DNA from: an uncultured delta proteobacterium
GTDB taxonomy: Bacteria > Desulfobacterota > Desulfuromonadia > Desulfuromonadales > JACZKF01
DNA: 64,000 nucleotides
Reading direction: 5' to 3'
Assembly: GCA_963816395.1 (NCBI GenBank)
Contig: CAWFKQ010000016.1
Coordinates: forward strand, 160,001 to 224,000
The notes under the pieces are model-generated. The model made no database searches and had not been told where the DNA came from. It saw only the letters and a list, made by a program, of their open reading frames with translations. Below are positions 22,550-32,645 of the stretch, piece by piece. A program made the position numbers and the translations under genes. The stretch's first letter is position 1. The number at the start of each line of letters is the position of its first letter.

Positions 22550-22921
22550 AGGCGAATCCTCCTCTTCGGGAGCCCGTCTTCTCTCCCTTTTTGACCATAA
22601 CGCCGACATGGTAGAAGTCAAAGGCCGGTTAATTCTGCAGACCCGAACTCCTTTAGGTCTTGCATGTCGTGATCAATAAGACATCCTCTGGTTAGCCCGG
22701 GGTTGTATATTTTACCGGGAGAATATCCCTCTCCGGTGCAACGCCTTATTGAGCGACTGAATGCTTAGTGTCCCCCGAATTCGACGCTTTTCACAGGCAG
22801 CGGGTTATGGCCGCGATTTTGCCATCAAAATTCGACTTATAAGCCGTTTTCGAGGGCAAGTTTTGAATGATTTATTTGCAATTTCCGGCAGTTGACTTGG
22901 TCCGACCCCGAGAAGGGATGA

Positions 22922-23123
22922 CGCCCGTTTACGGAGGCACGAGCGGTTGCCTCAGCCATCATTCAGGAGCTGCCGCATCTGTCGCTTACGGAGCTGGGAA
23001 GGCAGCTGAACCGCGACATTGCCCCCCTCGGGAGAGGTCGGCCGTAGAATCGAGAGCGAGGCAGTTGACGACGAGCGGTTGCGGGGATTGCTGAATAAAG
23101 TGAAGATACAGCTGAGAGAATAG
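22922..23123 (+). pseudogene. 3' remnant of a REP-associated tyrosine transposase (RAYT)-like gene with a DnaA-C-like HTH tail
   Basis: Manual translation RPFTEARAVASAIIQELPHLSLTELGRQLNRDI...LLNKVKIQLRE*, ending in the GAGAATAGCAGAAAGG motif; family assignment from recalled similarity. Confidence 0.5.
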
Positions 23124-23159
23124 CAGAAAGGTTAACACATTATTTCTCCAAGCAACTAC

Positions 23160-26100
23160 CTAGATTGCTAGGCTCGGCGGCGGGAACTGGCCGCTCGTGC
23201 TCTGTTGCCAAACATGTTCATAAATACACCTAGCGGTCTCTTGCGTTTCCTTCATAGTGAAAGGTGGAGCGGCAGAATCTGAAAAACGTGATCGAGAATG
23301 AAGACCTCGACTTCGGCCTGGGTCTGCTCCTTCTGGGTCCAACGCTCCAGCGGCGCAAGAAGTTTGGTCAATTCCGCTAGCAATTGCCTGCTGGCCTGCT
23401 TAAGGCGCTCCCGATCTTTTTTGCTCAGGTTATCCTTCCTGAAAAGGTCGAACAGCGCCAGTTCGCTTTCGCTCAGCCCCTCTTCCGCCGCCCGCCGCTG
23501 CTCCGCGTCGAGACCTTTGACCAGATCCACCAGCCTGGCGAAGGTCTCCTCGATGGTCACCCGGTCTTTCTCGCGGTTGTAGTCGGCGATGATCTCCTGA
23601 TATTTTTTGTAGTAATCCATTCGTAGCGGATTGCGCTGGAGCATCTCGGCAAGCTTCTGTTCCAGCAGTCCCGGATATCCTGAAGCGCTGTCGACTTGCG
23701 CTTCACCTTCCTGGCGAACTCGTCGCGCAGTTTCTCCAGATCGATCTTGCTCAGGTCCCAGGTGCGCGGCTCTTCTGGAGATGACACCTGCGGCTGCTGG
23801 GCACGAATGGCCTCATTGACGATCCGGTGCAATTCCTTCAGCAGTTCGGTGACATCCGCCGTGTCACGCCGCTCCGTGAGCTTCTTGTAGATGGCTTCGA
23901 TGTTGTCGTGCCTCTCGGCGTACTCGAAGGCGGACGGCTCCATCAGCAGCGCCTTGAATCGGATGAATACCTGCCGGGCCAGGATTTCGAAGCGCCGCTT
24001 GGCCTCATCGGAGGTGTACACCGCCTCCACGGCGTCGGCCAGGGCCTGGATGCGCACCCAACCCTTGGAGCAGGCTAAGCGGGTCGCATCGAAACCCAAG
24101 CTGCGCAGATGGGCCTCAGTGGCCTCGATCGCCTCGCGCAAGGCCACCACCCGCTCCTCGATCGGCGCGACGATCTCCCCCTCTCCGCCATCCTCATCCC
24201 CCAGGGCATATTGCGCCAGCGCCTCGCGCAGGCTCTTGAGCATGCCGTTGTAATCGACGATCAGGCCGAAATCCTTGCCCGGGTAGACGCGGTTGGCGCG
24301 GGCGATGGCCTGCATCAGCGTGTGGGCCTTCATCGGCTTGTCGATGTAGAGCGTCGAGAGGCATTCCACATCGAAGCCGGTCAGCCACATGGCGCAGACG
24401 ATGGCGACGCGAAAAGGGTGCTGCGGGTCCTTGAAGGCGGCTTCCACATCTACCCGCTTGCCGTCGGCCGTTTCGAACCCGTGCTTCATCACTGCCCGGT
24501 GGGGGATGATGTCGAAGTTCCATTTCTTGAAGTCGGCGACCTCGTTCTGCGCCTCGCTGATGATGATCTCGATGATGGTCTCTTCCAGCCATTTTGCCTG
24601 AGACAGCAGCCGGTCCCTTTGTGCAAAAAGCTTCTGACGTTTCTGCTCGTCCTTCTCACCCGAGAGTTTCGCCACTGCCAAAGCAACTTCCATGCGGACC
24701 GCCATAAGCTTCTTGTGCCAGCGCGGAATGATCCGCTTGTGCATGCGGGCGCAGGTGATCTTGTCGATGCAGACCAGCATCGACTTGCCCGACTCCCAGC
24801 GGGTGGCGCAGTGCTCGACGAAATCGTCGGCGATCTTGTCCAGCCGGTCATCGGCGGTGATGACCTCGTAGTCCTTGCCGAGCAGCTTCTCCAGCAGGGC
24901 GACCTGGTCGGGGTCGAGGTCGGCCTTGGCGACGGCCTCGGCGATGCGGTCGTTGAGATCGAGGCGGGCGATGCCGAGCTTCTCGCCGCGGTTCTCGTAG
25001 ACCAGCTTGACCGTGGCCCCGTCCTCCTCGGAGCGCTTGAAATCGTAGCGGGAGAGTAATCGCCGAAGATGCGCCGGGTCAGGTGGTCGTGCTTGAACAG
25101 AGGCGTGCCGGTGAAGCCGATGAACGCCGCATTGGGCAACGCCAGGCGCATGTTGCGGGCGAGCTTGCCGGCCTGGGTGCGATGCGCCTCGTCGGAAATG
25201 ACGATGATGTCGTCGCGCCGGCTGTAGGGCTCTTCGGGGTCCACGTCCTGGTTGAACTTGTGGATCAGGCTGAAGATGAAGCGATGGTTTTCCTTCAGAA
25301 GTTGTCTGGAGATCCCTGCCGGAGCCGGCCCGGGGCGTCTGCTCGTCGGCCACGCCGCAGCCGACGAAGGTGCGGTAGATCTGGTTGTCGAGATCGTTGC
25401 GGTCGGTCATCAGCACGAAGGTGAAGTTCCCCGGCACCTGGCGCCGGACCTTCTCGGCGAAGAAGGCCATCGAGTAGGATTTGCCGCTCCCCTGGGTGTG
25501 CCAGAAGACGCCGAGCTTGCCGAGGTCCGGATGGGCCGCTTCCACCAGGGGCAGCATCCGCCGGCTCTTCCGGCGTGCAGCAGGGTCGATCTGATCCCCA
25601 TCGGTGGCCTGCTCGTGCGGCAGTTCGATAACGCGGTACTTGAGACGCTTCTCCGGCGGGAACTCTCTTTTCAACTCCTCCTGCCGGATGACCGAAGCGA
25701 CGGCATTATTGACCCCGAGCACCTGATGGTTGCGCGCCACGACCTTGCGCAGTGCCCCCGGCTTGCTGGCATCGAACAGAATGAAGTTCTCGACGATATC
25801 GAGCAGCCGGTCCTTCGCGAGCATGCCGTCGAGCAGCGCCTCGGCCTCCACGCTCCCCTTGTCGCGTTCATCGTGCCGCTTCCACTCGGCGAAATGTTCC
25901 CACTTGCTGGTGATCGAGCCGTAGCGCGCCCGGTGGCCGTTGCTGACGATCAGGAAGGCATTGTGGTGGAAGGCGTGGGCGATGACGTGCTCGTCCAGGT
26001 AGTCCTTCAGGTTGTCGTCGAAGCCGGCGCGGATGTTCTTGTACACCGCCTTCAGCTCGATGAAGACCAGCGGCAGGCCGTTGACGAAGCAGACCAGATC

Positions 26101-26575
26101 GGCCCGGCGGTTGTAGCTGGGGGTTCGCAGGCCGGTGAGCTTGAGTTCGCGCACGGCCAGAAAGCGGTTATTCGGCTCGCCACCCGTGTTCCCATTCTGG
26201 AAATCGATCACCCGCGCCTGGGCATGTCGCAGGGCGCCGCCGCCGTCGCGGTAGCTGACCGGGACCCCGTCGCGGATCAACTTGTAGAAGGATTGGTTGT
26301 GCTGGAGGAGGGAGCGGGTGAAATCGTGGTGGGTCAGGTTGCCGACGGCTTCGTCGACGGCCTTGTCGGGAAGTTGCGGATTGAGCCGTCCGCACCGCCG
26401 CCCGCAGGTCGCGGGTCAGTACCGCCTCGCGGGTGTCGGCGCGCCCCAGCGTGCCGGCGGGGCCGAAAGTCTCCTCATTCCAGGCGTAGACGTTTTCCCA
26501 GCCGAGCACCTTCTCCAGATGCTCGGCGAAGGTCGCCTGAACCAGCCGGTCTTCGCTGTTGATGTCGGTGATCAT
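23160..26575 (-). CDS. hsdR: Type I restriction endonuclease subunit R (frameshifted)
   Basis: ADLVCFVNGLPLVFIELK nuclease motif, HTQGSGKS, DEAH, FTGTP, MWLTGFD and QAIARANR; DUF3387-like C-terminus. Confidence 0.9.
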
Positions 26576-26774
26576 GTGCACCTCCCGACGAATACCTTCT
26601 TATGGACATAAACACCCGGCCACCTGATTTATTCAATGGTGTTTTGGTCCATAGAAAAGAGCCGATTATTCAATACTTAAACAAAACGCCGCACTCTATG
26701 GCCGCGTTTCTATGGCCCAGCAATCGAAATTGATGGGGTATTTGTCCATAGACGCTCTGCCTCTCAGTTGTCCT

Positions 26775-28064
26775 TCAGGCTGTCAACCGGTATCGAACCG
26801 GTTTGTTAAGTTTCTCAATTTTCCCCTCGTCAAGAGCACGTTCGAGCCACTCGTTCAGCTGGGCTTTGTTCACATCCATGCAACGAAGCAGCTCTTCCCG
26901 GCTAGCCGGCGCATTTGACGCCAGACTACTGAACCGGCGCAGGAAAAGGCTGTAAAAACTACCGTCCTCGTCGCAGGCCTCTGCTTCCTCGGACGACTGC
27001 GACATCTCCAATGGGGCTGATTTCTCCCGGACATGGCCGGGGTCTGACTTGTGCTCGGAGTAGTCAAAACTGAACAGATCGCCATGGTCTTCATGTGAAG
27101 CGGACGGCAATCCTTCAGCGGACTCAAGCTTGCTGGAGGGATCCGCTGCCGAGAGCGAGGCGAGGTCGAATCTTCCCTCAGGCAACCAGCGTGCCCCCTG
27201 CCGAACCAATTCAGCGTTGCCGGAGCCTTTGTCGGGATTCGGTTTCACCCAGAGCGGCACCCAGCGGTTCTTCAGATCCTCAACAGCTCCGCTCCAGGTG
27301 CCTCCCTTCCCCCGCGTCGAGGAGATGACGACGGCCGCATCGGAGAGGCAGTAGATGTATTTGTTACGAGCCATGGCATTTCCGACATCGAAGCCCGCCT
27401 CTGGGTTGAACGGGCAGAGCAGGACCAGGCTCTTAGCCATGAGTGCTTTTCGGTACTTCGCCGAGGTCGCGGTGCGCAGCAGGCTGTCCGAGAGAACCCC
27501 GACCGCCGTTCCTTCGCACTCCAGCGCCGCCAGCATCGCTGTTTCGTCGACACCCCGGGCGCCACCCGAGACAATGGAGCGCCCCTGCTCGGCGGCAGTC
27601 TCTGCAAGTCGGGAGGTAAAGGCCAGGTCTTCGGAGCTGGCGTCCCTCGATCCGATGATGCCCAGTCCGCCCCGGTTCAACAGGTTGCGGTTGCCGCAGC
27701 CAAAGAGGACGGGGGGAGAGTCTGTTTTCAGAAGTTTTTTCAGCCGACCCGGATACTCCGCATCGGAGCGGGTCAGCACCCATAGGCCGGCACGCTGCCA
27801 TTTCTCCAGAGCCAGCCCGAGGGCACCAGCCCGACCGATCAGAAACCGGATGCGGTCGGGGGTAATTTTGCTGTCCGACCAGCCGGCAAGCAGCTTTCCG
27901 GGTTCACCGGTCAGCAGATCGCCGGGGGACAGTTCCCTTCCCTTCAGCCAGAGGGCAAAGCGCCCCCATTCGGTCGGGGTCAACGGGCGCGGGTCTTCTT
28001 TCGCCGGTTTGGTGAACCAGGCGGTCAGCAACAGGACCGCCTGAGTCTGTACGCTGATGGTCAT
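26775..28064 (-). CDS. DprA/Smf-like protein (RqlI-like) with C-terminal wHTH
   Basis: YPGRLK...PPVLF, IIGSR, VSGGARGVD, AMARNKYIY and GGTWSGA motifs. Confidence 0.85.
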   Translation of the reverse strand: MTISVQTQAVLLLTAWFTKPAKEDPRPLTPTEWGRFALWLKGRELSPGDLLTGEPGKLLAGWSDSKITPDRIRFLIGRAGALGLALEKWQRAGLWVLTRSDAEYPGRLKKLLKTDSPPVLFGCGNRNLLNRGGLGIIGSRDASSEDLAFTSRLAETAAEQGRSIVSGGARGVDETAMLAALECEGTAVGVLSDSLLRTATSAKYRKALMAKSLVLLCPFNPEAGFDVGNAMARNKYIYCLSDAAVVISSTRGKGGTWSGAVEDLKNRWVPLWVKPNPDKGSGNAELVRQGARWLPEGRFDLASLSAADPSSKLESAEGLPSASHEDHGDLFSFDYSEHKSDPGHVREKSAPLEMSQSSEEAEACDEDGSFYSLFLRRFSSLASNAPASREELLRCMDVNKAQLNEWLERALDEGKIEKLNKPVRYRLTA

Positions 28065-28065
28065 C

Positions 28066-30168
28066 TCAGTCTCCACTGCTCGTGCTGGTGAGGGCGACCG
28101 GGAAAACGGGGCCGCTCTCCTGGCGCAACAGCAAGGCGGCAATCACCGTCATTGTCCACGCTGAATCGACCACGTCGTCAACCAGCAGGACGGGTTCGTG
28201 CGGGATGCGTTCGGCAATGGCGAACGCGCCGTCGAGGTTGCGGCACCGGTGATAATTGTTTTGCTGGAACTTCTGCTGGGCATTGTCACGTATCTTCGTA
28301 ACCGCAGGCAAAAACCGCAGGCCCAGCCGTTCGGCGAGTCGGCGCGTGAAATCGGGGACCAGCTCCGGATGGTTTCGCGAAGGGACACAGGTCACCCAGG
28401 CGGGAGGCGGATTCGGCTGCCATTGCTCGCTCACCATCTCAGCCACCGCCTCGACCAATTCATCCCGGAATCGGCCGGCGTGTTTGTCTTCGGCGACCAG
28501 ACGCCCCCAGCCGGCATCGCCCCACCGAGACAGGATACGCCCCTCTTCTGCCTGCAGATCAACCGGCAAGCGATAGGGGAAATTGTAGATCGGAAAACCG
28601 CCGGTGACCGTTTGTTTCCTCGGCTTCAATGGCAACTCGGAATGCCTGAGGAAACGGGCTGCTTCCACCTCCAGACGGTGATCGAAATCCGGCAGTATGA
28701 TCGGGCGCCCCAGACAGCCGGCACATTTGCCGCAGGGCCGGGGATTCGCATCGTCCAGGGCGCGGGCGAGAAATTCCATGAGGCACCCCTGGTGGTTGAT
28801 GTAGCTCTGAACCTCCTGCCACTCCATTTCGCGCTGGCTGGTCAGCCGTTCGATGCGCTCGTGATCCAGCCGATATTCGGTGGGGGTGCGCCGCCACCGC
28901 GAGCCGTCCTTGAAAACGGGCGACGGGTTCTCGACGGACAGGATCTTCAGTACCTTCTCGATCTGCCCCTGAGTGAGATTGATCGCCCGCTGCAAATCGA
29001 TGATCGACATGCCATCGCTTGCTTCGAGAGCATGCAGGAGTGCATTTACATGCCTTTCATCGGGAAAGGCGCTGGTTCGGAAATACTCATGAATCTCCTC
29101 GTCCTCCCGACCGGAGAGGAGCACACCAACCGCCCGGACGATGGCGCGCCCGGCGCGACCCACCTGCTGGTAGTAGGCGACGATTGAGCCAGGTGCCTGG
29201 TAGTGGATGACGAATCCCAGATCGGGCTTGTCATAGCCCATCCCCAGCGCCGTCGTGGCGACCAGCGCTTTGATGCCGTTCCCGAGCAATTGCTTTTCGA
29301 GGTGCTGGCGGTAACCGTCCGAAGTCTCAAACCCCTCACCGGCCACATCGGAGTAATAGGCGCGGGCGGAAATCCCATTCCGGTTCAACCAGGTTGCGAC
29401 CTGATCGGCATCCCGCTTCGTGAGGGTATAGACGATCCCGGTTCCGGGCATGTCCGTCAGGTGCTGTGCCAGCCAGGCAAGGCGCGCCGCCTGATCCGGG
29501 AGGCGCATGGTCTGCAACGCCAGACTCTCACGGATGAGCGAGCCGCGCTGGACCTCGATATTACCAAGTTGAGTACAGATATCTTCAACCACCCGGTCAT
29601 TGGCCGTCGCCGTCGTCCCGAGTACCGGCATGTTCGTCGGCATGGCGCGGAGCACATTGACCAAACGGCGGTAGTCGGGTCGGAAATCGTGCCCCCAGTC
29701 CGAAATGCAATGGGCCTCATCGACCACCATCAGGCCGAGGCGGTTGGCAATGGGAAGCAGTACCTCGCTGACGAACTGATCGTTGGCCAGCCGCTCGGGA
29801 GAGATCAGCACGGCATCGGCTTCGTTGTTCAGCACCCTCTGGATCAGGGGTGGCCAGTCGTCGCGGTTGGTCGAATTGATGGTCAGCGCCCGGATGCCGA
29901 GGCGCGCAGCCCCCTCGAGCTGATTGCGCATCAAAGCCAGCAGCGGCGAGACGATCAGGGTCGGTCCCATTCCCCGGTTGCGCAGGATGCGGGTGGCGAT
30001 GAAATAGACCGAGCTTTTACCCCATCCCGTTCGCTGGACGACCAACAACTTCTGCCGCTGGTTGACCAAAGCATCGATTGCCTCCCACTGGCCGTCGCGA
30101 AACTCGGCAGCGGGTTGGGCAAGCGCCCGGCGCAAGAGTTCGCGGGCTTCCGAAGCTGTTCGTCGCAT
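28066..30168 (-). CDS. RecQ-like helicase with C-terminal ComF/PRTase domain (RqlH-like)
   Basis: TGWGKS, DEAHCISDWGHDFRP, YYQQVGRAGR, Zn site CGKCAGC and PRPP loop LLVDDVVDSAWT. Confidence 0.9.
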   Translation of the reverse strand: MRRTASEARELLRRALAQPAAEFRDGQWEAIDALVNQRQKLLVVQRTGWGKSSVYFIATRILRNRGMGPTLIVSPLLALMRNQLEGAARLGIRALTINSTNRDDWPPLIQRVLNNEADAVLISPERLANDQFVSEVLLPIANRLGLMVVDEAHCISDWGHDFRPDYRRLVNVLRAMPTNMPVLGTTATANDRVVEDICTQLGNIEVQRGSLIRESLALQTMRLPDQAARLAWLAQHLTDMPGTGIVYTLTKRDADQVATWLNRNGISARAYYSDVAGEGFETSDGYRQHLEKQLLGNGIKALVATTALGMGYDKPDLGFVIHYQAPGSIVAYYQQVGRAGRAIVRAVGVLLSGREDEEIHEYFRTSAFPDERHVNALLHALEASDGMSIIDLQRAINLTQGQIEKVLKILSVENPSPVFKDGSRWRRTPTEYRLDHERIERLTSQREMEWQEVQSYINHQGCLMEFLARALDDANPRPCGKCAGCLGRPIILPDFDHRLEVEAARFLRHSELPLKPRKQTVTGGFPIYNFPYRLPVDLQAEEGRILSRWGDAGWGRLVAEDKHAGRFRDELVEAVAEMVSEQWQPNPPPAWVTCVPSRNHPELVPDFTRRLAERLGLRFLPAVTKIRDNAQQKFQQNNYHRCRNLDGAFAIAERIPHEPVLLVDDVVDSAWTMTVIAALLLRQESGPVFPVALTSTSSGD

Positions 30169-30226
30169 TTCCAGACATAGCCAACACCTTTTTGAATTAC
30201 TACATAACTCGATAAATTTCGGATCT

Positions 30227-31438
30227 TCATCTCCCATCATGAAAGCCCGAAATAGTCCCGTCTTGCGACACTTTAATGCCGACGCCGAGAGTGCTAAGCG
30301 CCTTGGCTGCGGCAAGCCTGCCACCTCCTGTGCTTCCACCCGGAATCTTCAGGATAGCCCCAACTGCAAGGATGGTCCCCTTGTGGTCAATCAGGATCGC
30401 GCCATCAATCGCAACTAGTTCTGTCTAAGCCTGCGGTCTAGTTCTTGGAACTTCTTCGTACCTATAATCGGCGCGAAGATCTTGGCTTTGCTGGACTGTG
30501 CGGGGTTGAGGTGGTCATTTGGAGAGGCTACAATTTCTTTCCATTTGTCTGCGTGGCTACTAATGACGATCCCAATACAAGCGCCCGTACGAGCGAAAGA
30601 CGCATCAATGCACGTTGCATAGACAGCTTTTCGGACCTCTCTACCACCGCGACGGCCTATTTAGTTATTACCGGAGCATGCGTAACAAAATGCCATTGCC
30701 CCCCTCGACGTGCGAATCGCAATTGCTGATCACGGAATATCAAAATCTCGCCTGCGCGGTTTAGGACCAAGGCAATCCGACCGGCTGTTGCCCACTCGGC
30801 GATCCCACCTAAACGGTATGGTGCATACGGCAAAACCTCCTCGGGAGGATTAAGTGTTTCGTAACCAAGGACTTCGCCCTTAAAGTTACAGGTCACAAGG
30901 GTGTCGAAGCCGTTTGAAATTACGGCGCTGAAGCCCTCGTGGCACATATCGCGAAAAGAGACATCTCCAGCTTGATCGCCCGGAATAAAGCCAACCGCCG
31001 CGGCGATTGCTTTTCCTTCGTACTGCTGTCCAGCCCCATCGGCGAATTGGTCGATTACTGCAGTATGATTCCTCTTCCTTCTTGTTAGTGCACAGGGATT
31101 TTGTGATCACAAGAATGCGGGGAATGCCGAGTGTAAATCGGCCTTGTACCATGACCGCAACCCGATTTTTCATCGCGCTTACGACACGAGCAAATGCCGT
31201 TACTACATGGTACTCGGTCAGCGCTCCACCCCTAACCTTTTCAAAAGGCTGGCTTCTGCGAAGGATGAGTCGGTACACATCTGATTTTTCTGCTTTGAAG
31301 TGAATAGTACAGGGATCAACCAATGCAACAAGTCGATCCTTCTTTAGGGATTTTGCCGCCTACCGTCTCAAGTCGGGAGCCGGAAATCAGCGGTTGCAAA
31401 AAATCTTGAGCCAACTCTTGGAGCTGCTTTTTCTCCAT
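30227..31438 (-). CDS. DisA_N/diadenylate cyclase-like protein with N-terminal domain (several frameshifts; not recovered intact in the ORF track)
   Basis: ATG directly follows the hsdS stop; stitched C-terminus IDGAILIDHKGTILAVGAILKIPGGSTGGGRLAAAKALSTLGVGIKVSQDG. Confidence 0.65.
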
Positions 31439-32645
31439 TTAGACCTCAATTTCCCCGCTCATCAGCTTCGTCAGCAGCAGGTCGCGAGCGATACGCAGTT
31501 TTTGGTTCTGGAACGTCAGAGTACGTAATTGTGCCACGATGGATTGCACGGTATCGTCGAATGTGCTCAGAAGGGGGTGAGAAGGCACTAAGACAGGATA
31601 CTGCTTCATCTGCTTCCAGTCGGCCCTTGGCATTTTCGAGCCCTCCCGCATACCTTGCGAGGTGGCCGCGATAAAGGGATCGCTGGCGACAGTCGCCAGA
31701 ACGACACCATACAACTCCGGGGCATTCGGTCGGATTATGATGGAATCGGAAGAAGCGACACCGTCAACGAAAGCCACCCCGACCTTGTGAAAGTAGGGGC
31801 GAATCTTGCCGAAGAGGATTTCGCCTGCCCGGAATCTGAGTTTGCTGCTGGTAACCTCTTCGGCCTTTCCCCATTCGGTGAGGGCAATCGACCGCCTCGG
31901 CATGTGCTCCAGGCCAATGTAAGGGGTGTCTGGCTCCAACTCATCGGGGGAGACTGCCTCACGGATATCAAAACATAGATCCCCGAGGGTCTTCCTCTCC
32001 CACCCCTCCGGCACCCCATCCACAATGCGGGTGTGCTCATGGCCGGGAAAACGCAGCCGCACGAACCACTCGCGGTAAAGCAGCCGCGCCGACTCCTCCA
32101 GCAGCGCCATGCGGCGGCGGTTGTTTTCGATCAGGTCGTCGTAGGCGGAGAGGGTCGAGGCGATCTCGTTCTGGACATCGGCGGAGGGGTATCGGACCGG
32201 CAACTCTGACACAATCCTCGCGCTAAGCGTTAGGCATAGTGGTGCCGACTGCATGCTGAACAACCATTGAACGACGTGGTCCTGTTCATGAAATAGTGGA
32301 GCGAACTCGGGTTTGAGCACTTTCGCCATCGATTCGAATTTGAGACACCCTGTGCCGCAAAGCCATCCCTCTGTTCCACTCTATTGAGCTCGTTTCGTAA
32401 CATCTCCCCGCAGCGGTAAACCAATAGCGCCCGGTTTCAGCTTGTGGCGAGCAGTCGGCTTGCTGTTCTTCGGAAATGCGGGCAATTGAGTCTCTGAGAT
32501 TCGCCCATCGGCGATATCTTGGGCATAACAACTGGGATGCCCTTCGGCTATAATCGGCCTGATGGAGTTGAGAACCGGGGCCGGTTTGAATCAGTCCACC
32601 GTTTCGATGGTGAGACTCCCCGAGGGTTGCGACATGCCAGCTCAT
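31439..32645 (-). CDS. hsdS: Type I R-M specificity subunit S (frameshifted)
   Basis: IASTLSAYDDLIENNRRR, LYREWFV, VPEGW and RDLLLTKLMSGEIEV; ATGA overlap with hsdM. Confidence 0.9.

Noticed and set aside
21136..22782. CRISPR array
   Set aside because: Repeats are few, about 60 bp long, irregularly spaced by whole genes, and no cas genes are present.
22889..22920. Possible attR copy of the tRNA-Pro 3' end (TGGTCCGACCCCGAGAAGG)
   Set aside because: Similarity to TGGTCGGGGCGAGAGG is too weak, and the region is better explained by the 42 bp repeat and the transposase remnant.
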